From: Bacteroidales bacterium
GTDB lineage: Bacteria; Bacteroidota; Bacteroidia; Bacteroidales; VadinHA17
Reading direction: 5' to 3'
Length of the DNA: 64,000 bases
Assembly: GCA_963668715.1 (NCBI GenBank)
Contig: OY764960.1
Location: 3,953,438 to 4,017,437, forward strand
Shown piece after piece: positions 1 through 8,774 of this stretch. The notes below the pieces were generated by a model that ran no database searches, was not told where the DNA came from, and saw only the letters and a program-made list of their open reading frames with translations. Positions within the stretch are counted from its first letter, which is position 1; each line of letters begins with the position of its first letter. The translations under genes and the position numbers were made by a program.

Positions 1-126
1 GTTGTGCAAACGCTTAACGCGGAACGCGGAACTCTGAACATGGAATCCGGAACCTCCTGCCCTCCGCCTTCTTCCTGTTCCCCGGCATGCAGCCGGAATA
101 CCTGGTTGTTGGCAGCAGTTTTTATT

Positions 127-693
127 TTAATAATATTTGTCAATTCCTCCAAATCCTTTAATCAGTTTATTTTGTTTTGTTTTGTCGATAAAGTTGTTTA
201 GGCGCTTTTCAAATTCCTCAGGTCTTTTCCTTGCACTATCAATGTATGCAATTCTAATCCGTTTATAAGGTTCTGAAAAGTTTTGATAATTTTCCCAAAC
301 AACTTTCTCTGATTTTAACTGAGCTATTATGTCTTCGGGAAAGATGAATTCTTGTTGAATTATTTTTAAAACTTCATTACTAATTGAGTCGTGAATCAAA
401 CTGTTTTCAAAGAGCCATTTTAAGCGTTCAATGTTTGGTTGTGAGACAGACGAGTTCTTTCTTCGTTTACGAAACCTTTGAATAGTGGTCTCTCCGTTTA
501 GTGATTTAACAGTACTGTCAATCCACCCAAAACACAAAGCTTCTTCAACTGCGTCATTATACAAGATCCGTTTTCTGCCGGTCTTCTTTATTGGATATTC
601 CAACCAAATATCATCTTCAGTCTCAAAATTAGTTTCTAGCCATTTTCTCCAATCTTTTCTGTCAACAAAATATTTAGTTGTCATTTCACCCAT
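127..693 (-). CDS. YdeI/OmpD-associated family protein (cassette C1)
   Basis: N-terminal WRKWL...W...Y.DAVEEALCFGWIDS motif and C-terminal 'YKRIRIAYIDSARKRPEEFEKRL' OmdA-type domain. Confidence 0.85.
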   Translation of the reverse strand: MGEMTTKYFVDRKDWRKWLETNFETEDDIWLEYPIKKTGRKRILYNDAVEEALCFGWIDSTVKSLNGETTIQRFRKRRKNSSVSQPNIERLKWLFENSLIHDSISNEVLKIIQQEFIFPEDIIAQLKSEKVVWENYQNFSEPYKRIRIAYIDSARKRPEEFEKRLNNFIDKTKQNKLIKGFGGIDKYY

Positions 694-711
694 TTTTTAA
701 ATTGCTGCCAA

Positions 712-875
712 TAAAGCGCTAACCGAAGTTTACTCTCTTTCCTTCGTGAGATCGCTTCGTTAAGTTCGCACTGAGGGCGAAGCCAAATTGCGTTTAGGCA
801 CGTTTTGGCTCTATGCCCGGATAAAGCTCTGTTTATTATCATAAAGTTACGAAAGCAATTTGGTTTAGCGCAGCG
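712..875. repeat. Non-coding palindromic module family B, copy 1 (degenerate)
   Basis: Shares CCAAATTGCGTTTAGGCACGTTTTGGCTC...GGATAAAGCT...CATAAAGTTAC.AAAGCAATTTGGTTTAGCG with 2949-3240 and 19120-19469. Confidence 0.85.
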
Positions 876-894
876 GCATAATACAATCTATTAA

Positions 895-1236
895 TTGCAG
901 AATTCCATTTTTTCTTTTCGGCGAGCAGTAAAGGCTTATTTATGGGTAGTTCGTTCAGTGATGGACAATTTGGTGTTTTTTCATTACGATAAAGGGTCCA
1001 GGGCCCAGAAAGTTGTCATAGAATTACTCCATAATTACAAAGATGCCGTTCAAACGGATGGTTACGATGTTTATTCTATCTATGAGGATAAACAGGCCTG
1101 TGATATTAATCCCAGGGAGTGGATGACAGATGTCCTTAACAGAATCCCGGAATATAATAACAACTACGACCTGGATCTGGCAGATTTGCTCCCTCACAAC
1201 TGGAAGAAATCCAAGTGTCAGGAAAAATCCAACTAA
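895..1236 (+). pseudogene. IS66-family transposase (TnpC) remnant, internally deleted
   Basis: YLWV...FFHYDKGSR...QTDGY core motif fused directly to the C-terminal 'INPREWMTDVL...LLPHNWK' IS66 domain; IS66-type end ...GGCTTAC at ~1327. Confidence 0.8.
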
Positions 1237-1327
1237 AGTCAACGAAAATCCGGAAATCTTTGGAGATGCTCTAACAAATCCTGGACTATCTTTGATTTTT
1301 ACTACACGCAGCAGGCCGAAGGCTTAC

Positions 1328-1517
1328 TGACGTGCCATCTCATCCTCAGCAAACACCCGCCTTAATATGCGATTCTTGTTCATCAGTACAGGATTTTGCA
1401 GTCAGGCTTCCTTCATGCGGCACCTCACGATGCAACACTTGCCTCTTGCTAGCAGTTCAGTTTACCTCTGCCTGCTCGGGACTTGCACCCTATAGTTAAT
1501 GCCCATGCCGGGCGCAC
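1328..1517 (-). mobile_element. 5' fragment (domain I) of a class C group II intron
   Basis: Minus strand begins GTGCGCCCGGCATGGGC...TATAGGGTGCAAGTCCCGA...GAAGGAAGC, matching the IIC intron 5' end (GUGYGCCCGGCAUGGG); truncated at the IS66 end; no RT ORF or domain V/VI present. Confidence 0.8.
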
Positions 1518-1706
1518 ACGGTAAATTGTATGTTGCGTAGGGCATTTCAAGGCACTTTCCTGTCAAATTGCTAAGTAGCCGAAGCGCAGGTTTGACACCT
1601 GCGAATTAAGCACACCGTCAAAGCTGCGCTTCGGCGGTGCTGAAAAGAGAGCCCAAGCTTCAAATACGGCATATCTGCCCTATGCAATATACAAAATGTT
1701 GTGCCC
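1518..1706 (-). repeat. attC-like cassette recombination site 1
   Basis: Inverted arms TTGTATGTTGCGTAGGGCA / TGCCCTATGCAATATACAA; inverse core GTTGTGCCC at 1698; core GT(T) at 1519-1518 interrupted by the intron. Confidence 0.8.
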
Positions 1707-1743
1707 AGTACTTTATCTTCATTTTCTCTGCAAGATATTCAAT

Positions 1744-2058
1744 TCATCTCGAATATGCTTGAATTTCATCAATTAAGCCTTTCTCGTATGCCTTTTTTAC
1801 AGGTTTCCACACCCCAAGCCTATTTAAGAATAAACTAGCATAATTTCTTTGTATTAAAGTACCGTTAAATAAGTAATCTGTTATACGCTCAATACCTTCC
1901 TTTTTCTCTACCAAACTCAATGCAAAATCTACATATCTGGTCATCGCCAATGTTGCATCAACAGTTAATTTATCCATTATATAATCAACATCCTTAGAAT
2001 TGCCACTTTGAGCCTTATCAATTAACACTTTTAGTTCTCCTGAAAATTGAAACTTCAT
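1744..2058 (-). CDS. Hypothetical protein (cassette C2)
   Basis: Clean 104-aa ORF, 8 bp from the upstream gene, ends just before an attC-like site. Confidence 0.7.
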   Translation of the reverse strand: MKFQFSGELKVLIDKAQSGNSKDVDYIMDKLTVDATLAMTRYVDFALSLVEKKEGIERITDYLFNGTLIQRNYASLFLNRLGVWKPVKKAYEKGLIDEIQAYSR

Positions 2059-2066
2059 TACGCTCT

Positions 2067-2297
2067 TTATTTAAGTTGAATAAGAGTGTTGGTTTCCATT
2101 CCTTTTCGTATCCAACGCATAAGTGTAATTGCTTTGTACTCTCTTTCCAGATAAGTCGTTTTTAACTCATCATCCATACTATTTATCTCCAATTGATATA
2201 GATGGTTTTCTGTTTCAATGTGATAATAAACTTTTCCTGCACAAACAAAAGACAATATTGCTTTTGTACCTTTTACAATTGTTTTTAAATTTTCCAT
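2067..2297 (-). CDS. Hypothetical protein (cassette C2)
   Basis: 76-aa ORF, co-oriented in the cassette, downstream of an FNR-type box. Confidence 0.65.
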   Translation of the reverse strand: MENLKTIVKGTKAILSFVCAGKVYYHIETENHLYQLEINSMDDELKTTYLEREYKAITLMRWIRKGMETNTLIQLK

Positions 2298-2342
2298 CGC
2301 TACTAAAATTTTTGCGAAGGAACTGTGATTAATTATATTTTC

Positions 2343-2360
2343 TTTTGATGTATATCAAAA
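2343..2360. promoter_or_regulatory. Crp/Fnr-family operator (TTTTGAT-GTAT-ATCAAAA)
   Basis: Exact TTGAT-N4-ATCAA consensus, lying between the Crp/Fnr gene and two downstream ORFs. Confidence 0.65.
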
Positions 2361-2367
2361 AATGCAA

Positions 2368-2946
2368 TCAAGCTTTTCTTATCCGGCTTAAAGTTTCTTG
2401 CGAAATACCTAATATTGACGCAATATATCCAAGTTTTGCTCTCTTTATAATCTCAGGGGAAATTTGTTGTAAATACTCATATTTTCCTTTTGCATCTCTT
2501 TGATTTAATTCTCTTGTGTGTTTGTCTATATTTGAAAATTCTTTCCCCATCATTGCATTTACAAATATCATAATCTGAGGAAATTGAGCAAGTTTCTCGC
2601 TATTTGCTTTTGTTATGCTAATAACTTCTGTATTCTCAGTCGCTTGTAAATACTCTTCGGATAAAATATTTTGTGCATAGCTTTGTAATGAAGTAAATGT
2701 TTCATTCTCTGTGTGAATCCAAGTCGTAATTTCTTTTCCGTTATGAATGTAATATTTACGAACCATCCCTGATTTTATAAACCAAATTTTATTACAACGC
2801 TGCCCTTGTTCAAGAATGTGTTCATTTTTTGTATAAATCTCAATCTTAGCAAAATCATTTAATCCTGTAACTGCATCAGAATCTAATTTCACAAATCTTT
2901 CTATGTAATCAATCAATTGTTTCACTGCGGTTTTTGTATTGGGCAC
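2368..2946 (-). CDS. Crp/Fnr-family cyclic-nucleotide-binding regulator (cassette C2); true start may be the GTG ~20 nt inside
   Basis: cNMP domain (KNEHILEQGQRCNKIWFIKSGMVRKYY) and C-terminal 'YIASILGISQETLSRIR' HTH. Confidence 0.9.
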   Translation of the reverse strand: MPNTKTAVKQLIDYIERFVKLDSDAVTGLNDFAKIEIYTKNEHILEQGQRCNKIWFIKSGMVRKYYIHNGKEITTWIHTENETFTSLQSYAQNILSEEYLQATENTEVISITKANSEKLAQFPQIMIFVNAMMGKEFSNIDKHTRELNQRDAKGKYEYLQQISPEIIKRAKLGYIASILGISQETLSRIRKA

Positions 2947-2948
2947 AA

Positions 2949-3240
2949 TGCAGCGCTAAACGAAGTTCCGCACTAAGGGCGATTCCGCAAGAGCTTGCTC
3001 TTAGCGGAAGTAAAGCCCGCAAGGGCGGAGCCAAATTGCGTTTAGGCACGTTTTGGCTCAATGCCCGGATAAAGCTGTTTATTTTCATAAAGTTACAAAA
3101 GCAATTTGGTTTAGCGCTGCGTTCGAGCACATTTTCCAAAAGACCGGGACCCCGAGAATTCGGGGGAAGGGATTTTGGTCAGCTTTAGCTGAACCGAGGC
3201 CCGGTTCCGGGCCGAGCTCGGCGAAGCCAATGTGCCTAAC
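2949..3240. repeat. Non-coding palindromic module family B, copy 2
   Basis: 12-bp inverted repeats GCAGCGCTAAAC (2950) / GTTTAGCGCTGC (~3109) and several internal hairpins; homologous to 19120-19469. Confidence 0.85.
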
Positions 3241-3368
3241 GGTCACTTGTATGTGGTCGGGCGGGATTTCTGGAAGAAATCGTGTCAGACCCGCAGGAAA
3301 GTGGGCACGAGGTCTGACTTGTCAGACCGCTAAAACCCCCGCCTGCCATATACAAATTGTTATAGCCA
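3232..3368 (-). repeat. attC-like site 2 (intact)
   Basis: GTGCCTAAC-N8-GTATG...arms TTGTATGTGGTCGGGCGGG / CCCGCCTGCCATATACAA...TATAC-N5-GTTATAGCC. Confidence 0.85.
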
Positions 3369-3381
3369 GTGGTTTTATTCA

Positions 3382-4044
3382 TTATTCAAAGTCTTGATTA
3401 AATAAATACATCTCTAATTGGTCCGCTTCGACTTGATTGTCTTTAGCCAAATTATGAATTAAACTATTAAATTTTTGATAATCTGTAAATTTTGAAGATG
3501 GACTAACATTTACAATTTCAAATATTTCTCTTGGTGTCGTTAGCTTTACTAAAGATGCTGCTACTCTAATGTCAAAAATTATTGCATAATTGTCGACATT
3601 TTTAGCTCTTGTCGCGAAGTATAATATTTTTGTCAGGTAGCTAACGCCAAGACCTTTTATTCCCTTTAATTCTTCAAAAGCGTTTTTCAGACTGTCTTGT
3701 TCGTTTTTGTTTATAAAGTCTATTGCTTTTTTTATTTTCTCTGTGTTGTCATTATTTGAGATATAATTATTCGTCCGGTGAGTTCCATAACCTGTGTCAG
3801 CAAATCCCCAAATCATTGTCAATAAAAACGCCCTCATAAAACCTTTGGAATTGTCTGAAAAATATTCTTTATAAGCGTCTATTACATTTTGTCTTGAAAC
3901 TTCCTTGTTTTCAAAGTCTGTAATTAAATTCTTGAAGTCTGCATTTAATTTTGTCCACTTTGTCGAATTGTACATAAATTTTGAGTCAGTAAGTGGATTT
4001 AATTTTAGTATTTTATTTTTTTGTTGGTCGTTTAATGTAATCAT
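3382..4044 (-). CDS. OGG-like (HhH) DNA glycosylase-family protein (cassette C3)
   Basis: 'TMIWG' motif, HhH-like 'GIKGLGVSYLTKILYF' and 'IFDIRV' motif typical of 8-oxoguanine glycosylase-like proteins. Confidence 0.65.
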   Translation of the reverse strand: MITLNDQQKNKILKLNPLTDSKFMYNSTKWTKLNADFKNLITDFENKEVSRQNVIDAYKEYFSDNSKGFMRAFLLTMIWGFADTGYGTHRTNNYISNNDNTEKIKKAIDFINKNEQDSLKNAFEELKGIKGLGVSYLTKILYFATRAKNVDNYAIIFDIRVAASLVKLTTPREIFEIVNVSPSSKFTDYQKFNSLIHNLAKDNQVEADQLEMYLFNQDFE

Positions 4045-4121
4045 ACTCTATGTTTTGTGTGTCGTTCTACCATTGGCTATAACGTGAGTCTGTACAAATA
4101 CTGTTTTATCACATAAATTTA

Positions 4122-4449
4122 TCAATTTCTACTGTTTGTCAGCGGATTTGAAGCAACTAATTTTAGATGGCACAAAAAGAGAATATCCTTATTTGACGGG
4201 AAATAATCCTTTAAAGCAAGGCTTATAATGAGTCTTAGGTCTGAAATTATAAGAAAACAGTACTCCCTGAGGAGTCTGATCAGCTTTTGTGCTCCCATAA
4301 TTGAGATACAACGGCAGATATTATACCCGGTAAACATAAGTCCGACTTCACCCATGACTTTCTCCCTGGTTCTTACAAGGGTATAAGTGAAGCCTTGTTG
4401 CCGTTTCATTGTGCCAAACATATGCTCCGTTATTTGTTGCCGTAATCTG
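4122..4449 (-). pseudogene. C-terminal part of the IS1182 transposase, split off by IS21
   Basis: 'LRQQITEHMFGTMKRQQGFTYTLVR...' matches the C-terminus of 20965..22527. Confidence 0.9.
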
Positions 4450-4581
4450 TGCATATTCCTGCGATTTCGGACACTAAATCCCGCTGAAAGCGGACAGTTG
4501 TTCCCGTTCAAAACGGACACCTGATCCCGACGAAAACGGACACTTTTCACATCGTTCATTTTCGTTTATTATTTTCTAAAA

Positions 4582-5316
4582 TTAATCATTTTTATATTTC
4601 TCTCTTAACGAGTCTCCATCGAGCTCTATTCTATGAGAACTATGCACTAATCTATCAAGGATCGCGTCAGCGATCGTAGGTTCTCCAATAACATCATACC
4701 AGCTTTTAACCGGAAGCTGTGATGTAATTATCGTTGACCTTTTACCATGCCGGTCTTCGAGTAACTCAAGCAAGAACAGCCTCTGGTTGTTATCTAATGG
4801 TTTAAGCCCGAAGTCATCAAGGATCAACAGGTCCAGTTTCTCTATCCTGTTTATTTCGCTTATATAACTGCCATCTGCCTTAGCCATTTTTAGTTGATCG
4901 AACAGTTTTGAGCAGTTACGGTAATATACTTTATATCCCTGCTGACAGGCCTGATGACCCAAAGCAGAAGCCAAAAAGCTTTTACCCAGTCCTGTGTATC
5001 CGGATATGATGATGCTTTGTTTTCTTTTGATCCATTCACAGGACGATAAACGCAGCATCTGTACTTTATCCAGTTTTCTTTTAGCGATGTAATCTATTTG
5101 TTCCATGCTCGCCTGGTAGCGGAACCTGGCGTTTTTTATTAGTCGATCCAGTCGTCGATTATATCGATCATCCCATTCTGCCTGGACAAGATGAGCAATA
5201 ACTTCATCTATGGTAAAATCTTTACTCATTCCTGATTCCTGCATTTTCCGATAGACTCTTGAGAACCCGCTCAGTCGCATCTCCTCAAGTTTCTGCATTG
5301 TTGCTGTTTGATTCAT
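4582..5316 (-). CDS. istB: IS21 helper ATPase IstB
   Basis: Walker A GYTGLGKS, Walker B LLILDDFG, TSQLP...W...IADAILDRLVH. Confidence 0.95.
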   Translation of the reverse strand: MNQTATMQKLEEMRLSGFSRVYRKMQESGMSKDFTIDEVIAHLVQAEWDDRYNRRLDRLIKNARFRYQASMEQIDYIAKRKLDKVQMLRLSSCEWIKRKQSIIISGYTGLGKSFLASALGHQACQQGYKVYYRNCSKLFDQLKMAKADGSYISEINRIEKLDLLILDDFGLKPLDNNQRLFLLELLEDRHGKRSTIITSQLPVKSWYDVIGEPTIADAILDRLVHSSHRIELDGDSLREKYKND

Positions 5317-5337
5317 AATTTTCTGCTATTAAATTTA

Positions 5338-6885
5338 TTATTTGTAATTCTCTTTTCCTCGTATGTTATGATGAAAAGGAAGTTTTATTTCTATTTGGTT
5401 TTCCTGTTCTGTTTTGTGAGTGTTATTTTTCAGGCAGTTCTTGATAAACTTGAATGAGATACAGTTGTACTCAACAGCCCTGCTGCATACTATTTCCAGA
5501 TCTTCCGGTTTATACCCTTTACTTAGGTTCAATACTCCCATGCAAGATTTAAATGCTTGCTGAGGATGTTCTTTGCTGTCCAACAGGAGTCCTATAAAAA
5601 TCTCTACGGAACCGCCCATCTTTTTGGCCCATTTTACAAAACGATCTGTATTCCAACCATCAACAAACTGATGTTCTGCAGGCATATGACCTTTCTCTGT
5701 TGTATAACCATAAGGCCTGCGGTCTCTTTTATGAAGCGCGATACGAACACTATCCTTGTATATCTCAACATTCCTGTTCGTGTAAATGGTTTTGACCTTC
5801 TGTCCGGTATATTGATAGGGCACGCTGTAATAATGCTTGTCCTCTCTTAGGTAAACATGGTGGTGAAATTCAACTTTAGACACCTGGTAACGACGGATCT
5901 CATATCGCTCTTTGGGTAGTGGTCGCAATTCATTCTTTTCTATTTCATTAAATAACTCTCTTCGACTAATATCCCGGCGCTGGAACGGAGCGTTATTTAT
6001 CTCTTCAAGCTCTTCCCGGATAGCTTCATTTAACTCTCCCAGGGAAAAGAACGTCTGGTTTCTTAGCTTAGCAAAAATGCGTTGATAGACAATGCGTACC
6101 GCATTTTCAACCAAAGATTTATCCTTTGGTTTTAAAGGACGGGTAGGAAGAACAACTGTACCATAATGCCGGGCAAGATCATCATAAGTCTCATTTAATA
6201 AGGGTTCATAATTACATGCCTTGTGAACAGCTGACTTCAAATTATCCGGGCATATCCCCCGGGTGACACCTCCATAATAACGCCAGGCATTCTCATTGGC
6301 CCAGATCCAGTCTTCAAGCTTCTGACTTTTTACTCCTTCCACATAAATCAACTGACTGGCACCAAGTATCGTAATAAATATTTCTGCCGGTTTGACCTCT
6401 CCTGTATCCGGATCAACATAATGCATCTTTTTGCCTGTAAAATCTGCATATGTCAGATCTCCGGCTTTGTGCTCTATATGCATTCCCGCTTTCAGCTTGC
6501 TCTCCCACATGCGATAATGATGACAGAACCTGGAGTAACTAAACCCTTCAGGGTTACCTTCCTTGTATTCCTCCCAAAGCAAATAGAGCGTTACGCCAAC
6601 CCGGGCAAGCTCTTTTTCATAATAAGGGAATTCATTGGATAATTCTTCATAAAGCGGATTGACTATCTTATTTCGCTTTTCAAAGACTTCTGTAAGTTCT
6701 ATGTCGTTCATTTCCAAAACATCCTGGTAGGTTAACCCGGAACGCTTATATTCTGCCAGGTACTCCCCAACACTGGTTTTGCTGACCTGGGTGGCCTCTG
6801 CAATCTGCCGGATGCTAAATCGTAATTCCTGACTAAGTCGTAATATCTCTCTTATCTTTTCCACGTTGGTCCTTTTTCTTGGCAT
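5338..6885 (-). CDS. istA: IS21 transposase IstA (start taken at MPRKRT)
   Basis: HTH N-terminus, 'YADFTG', 'PDNLKSAV', 'PKDKSLVE' rve/DDE motifs. Confidence 0.95.
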   Translation of the reverse strand: MPRKRTNVEKIREILRLSQELRFSIRQIAEATQVSKTSVGEYLAEYKRSGLTYQDVLEMNDIELTEVFEKRNKIVNPLYEELSNEFPYYEKELARVGVTLYLLWEEYKEGNPEGFSYSRFCHHYRMWESKLKAGMHIEHKAGDLTYADFTGKKMHYVDPDTGEVKPAEIFITILGASQLIYVEGVKSQKLEDWIWANENAWRYYGGVTRGICPDNLKSAVHKACNYEPLLNETYDDLARHYGTVVLPTRPLKPKDKSLVENAVRIVYQRIFAKLRNQTFFSLGELNEAIREELEEINNAPFQRRDISRRELFNEIEKNELRPLPKERYEIRRYQVSKVEFHHHVYLREDKHYYSVPYQYTGQKVKTIYTNRNVEIYKDSVRIALHKRDRRPYGYTTEKGHMPAEHQFVDGWNTDRFVKWAKKMGGSVEIFIGLLLDSKEHPQQAFKSCMGVLNLSKGYKPEDLEIVCSRAVEYNCISFKFIKNCLKNNTHKTEQENQIEIKLPFHHNIRGKENYK

Positions 6886-7128
6886 CTGTATTCTCTTGTT
6901 GGTTAATAAAGCCAACAGAGATACCGATATCCCGTGGAAAATGAATGATGTGTATGAAAGTGTCCGTTTTCAGCAAGAATCACCGTCCGCTTTCAAAAGG
7001 GGCGGCTGTCCGCTTTCCGCAGGAATCCGTGTCCGTTTTCAACAAGAATTGCTGTCCGCTTTCCGCAGGAATCCGTGTCCGCTTTCCGCAAGAATGAGTG
7101 TCCGTTTTGCGCGAGAATATGCAATCTG

Positions 7129-8372
7129 TAATAATCAGGATTGTCATTCACTCTTTGTGCATTGGCTTCAATGATATCAGCATATTCACTGCGGTCAATG
7201 TACCTTCCGTTGGCTCTGCATACAGTGCAAAGACTCCTGTTTCTACAGTTCCTGCAGTCGGGCGTAGTATATCTCTTAAACCGATATGCAGATTTCTTCT
7301 TATTCTTTCTGTCTCTGTGATTATGCCAACGTCCGTTGGTCTTCATAATGCTTCCTCCGGGACAGGTATAAAAATCATTCTTTTTATCATAGGTAAAACT
7401 ACTGACAGGATATAGTCCTGTATTTTTTGTTGATGGCTTCTTTGGAGAGACGTATGTAATAATATTATGTAAGCTGCATTCTTTCAATTGCTCGCCTGTG
7501 TGATACCCCTTATCGGACAGTACTGTCATAGTATCAACATCAAGAAGTTCTTTTGTACTTACCGCCACCGGAGCCAGTGCATGGGAATCATTCACATCTC
7601 CCGTGTCATATTCCAGCATCATTTTGTGCTTTGAATCTGATGCGGCCTGTATATTATAACCAACATTCACTATGTTCCTGTGTAATACAACGGCTTTTGA
7701 ATCAGGGTCTGTTGTTGATATCTGTTCCTGTCCGCTTTCGATCAGGTCCGCTTGTATATTTTGATACTCTGATCTCTTAAGCCTGCGTTCTGTAAGTTTC
7801 TTTTCAATGTCTTTCTTATCCTGCTCATTATCATTGGCATCCAGCAGTTCTTCATATTCACTGATCTGTTTGTCAATATATTCAATATGCCTTTTCAGTT
7901 TTGCTTCATTGAAATTATTCTTTAACGAATTGCTCCCTCTTATTTTGAAAGAATCAATTGCAACGTTTTCACCTTCTACAAGATCCCATTCCTTAAGCAG
8001 GCAAACGAATCGCCGGAATATCTCCCTGAATGCTTTTGCATTTTCTTTTCTGAAGTTAGCAATGGTCTTATATTTGGGTCTCAGTCCCGTGAGCAGCCAC
8101 ATGGCTTCGATATTTGTTTGAGCCTCTCTCTCAAGTTTTCTGGATGACCGTATTCCATACCTGTATCCATACAGGTACAGCTTAAGCAAGACTGAAGGAT
8201 GATAAGGCGGCCTCCCTTGTTCTTCACAGTTGACGTGTGCAAATCCAAAGCTTTCCAGGTCAATAACATCAACAAAAGCATCAACCACACGAACAAATGA
8301 ATCGGCAGCTATTGCATTCTCCAGGCAGAACATTAACACCTGATCCCTGTTTTCTCCCTGTTTGTGTTGGAT
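7129..8372 (-). pseudogene. N-terminal and central part of the IS1182 transposase; the start ATG of the intact copy is ATC here
   Basis: GRPPYHP...YGYRYGIRSSRKLERE (DUF772) and DDE motifs; truncated by IS21. Confidence 0.9.
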
Positions 8373-8474
8373 TGCAGTGTGTATTTGTTGAATACAAGAT
8401 ACTTAAAGTATGATCAAAGATTAAATATCGAATGAATTGGTTATCAACAAAACAGTGGGTTTTTGCACAGTCTG

Positions 8475-8740
8475 ACGGTCATCGGTATGATTCAGTAGGT
8501 GGCAACGGGCTTCAGACCGTTGTGGCGCGCTTTTTGCCTTTACCACCCAGCGTTCACGCCGGGACAGTTCACCCGTCATAATACTGTTCACTTTTCTGAA
8601 CGTTAAGTTAGTTAATTTAAGTTCACGGAATACTAGCCGTGATTATGTTTAAAATCTTCTATTCATTATACTCTTCACCCCGATAAATGCGGCTGCAAAA
8701 ACGCGTGCCAAACCTATTGATTATACCGCATGTTGTGCAT
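8475..8740 (-). repeat. attC-like site 3 (long, ~265 bp; core split by IS1182)
   Basis: (A)AC-N8-GTATG; arms CGGTATGATTCAGTAGGTGGCA / TGCCAAACCTATTGATTATACCG; TATAC-N5-GTTGTGCATAG at 8732. Confidence 0.75.
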
Positions 8741-8774
8741 AGTGATTTTTTAGAAAACATTTATCATATCATTC

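Larger units (their letters stand above)
4450..7123 (-). mobile_element. IS21-family element (2674 bp) with 5-bp target duplication ATCTG
   Basis: TGCATATT...AATATGCA termini; ATCTG at 4445-4449 and 7124-7128; multiple subterminal GTCCG(C/T)TTT repeats (about 4 at left, about 7 at 6960-7110). Confidence 0.95.
4086..8474 (-). mobile_element. IS1182-family element copy 1, interrupted by IS21
   Basis: Ends GAGTCTGTACAAATAC / GTTTTTGCACAGTCTG; flanked by ACGT / ACGG; highly similar to the intact copy at 20928-22629. Confidence 0.9.

Noticed and set aside
2909-3397. Small ORFs over module B2 (and 19213-19434 over B3)
   Set aside because: They overlap palindromic repeat DNA on both strands and the frames are not preserved between copies; treated as non-coding.
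6866-7415. + strand ORFs at the IS21/IS1182 junction
   Set aside because: Translations of IS21 subterminal repeats and antisense transposase sequence.
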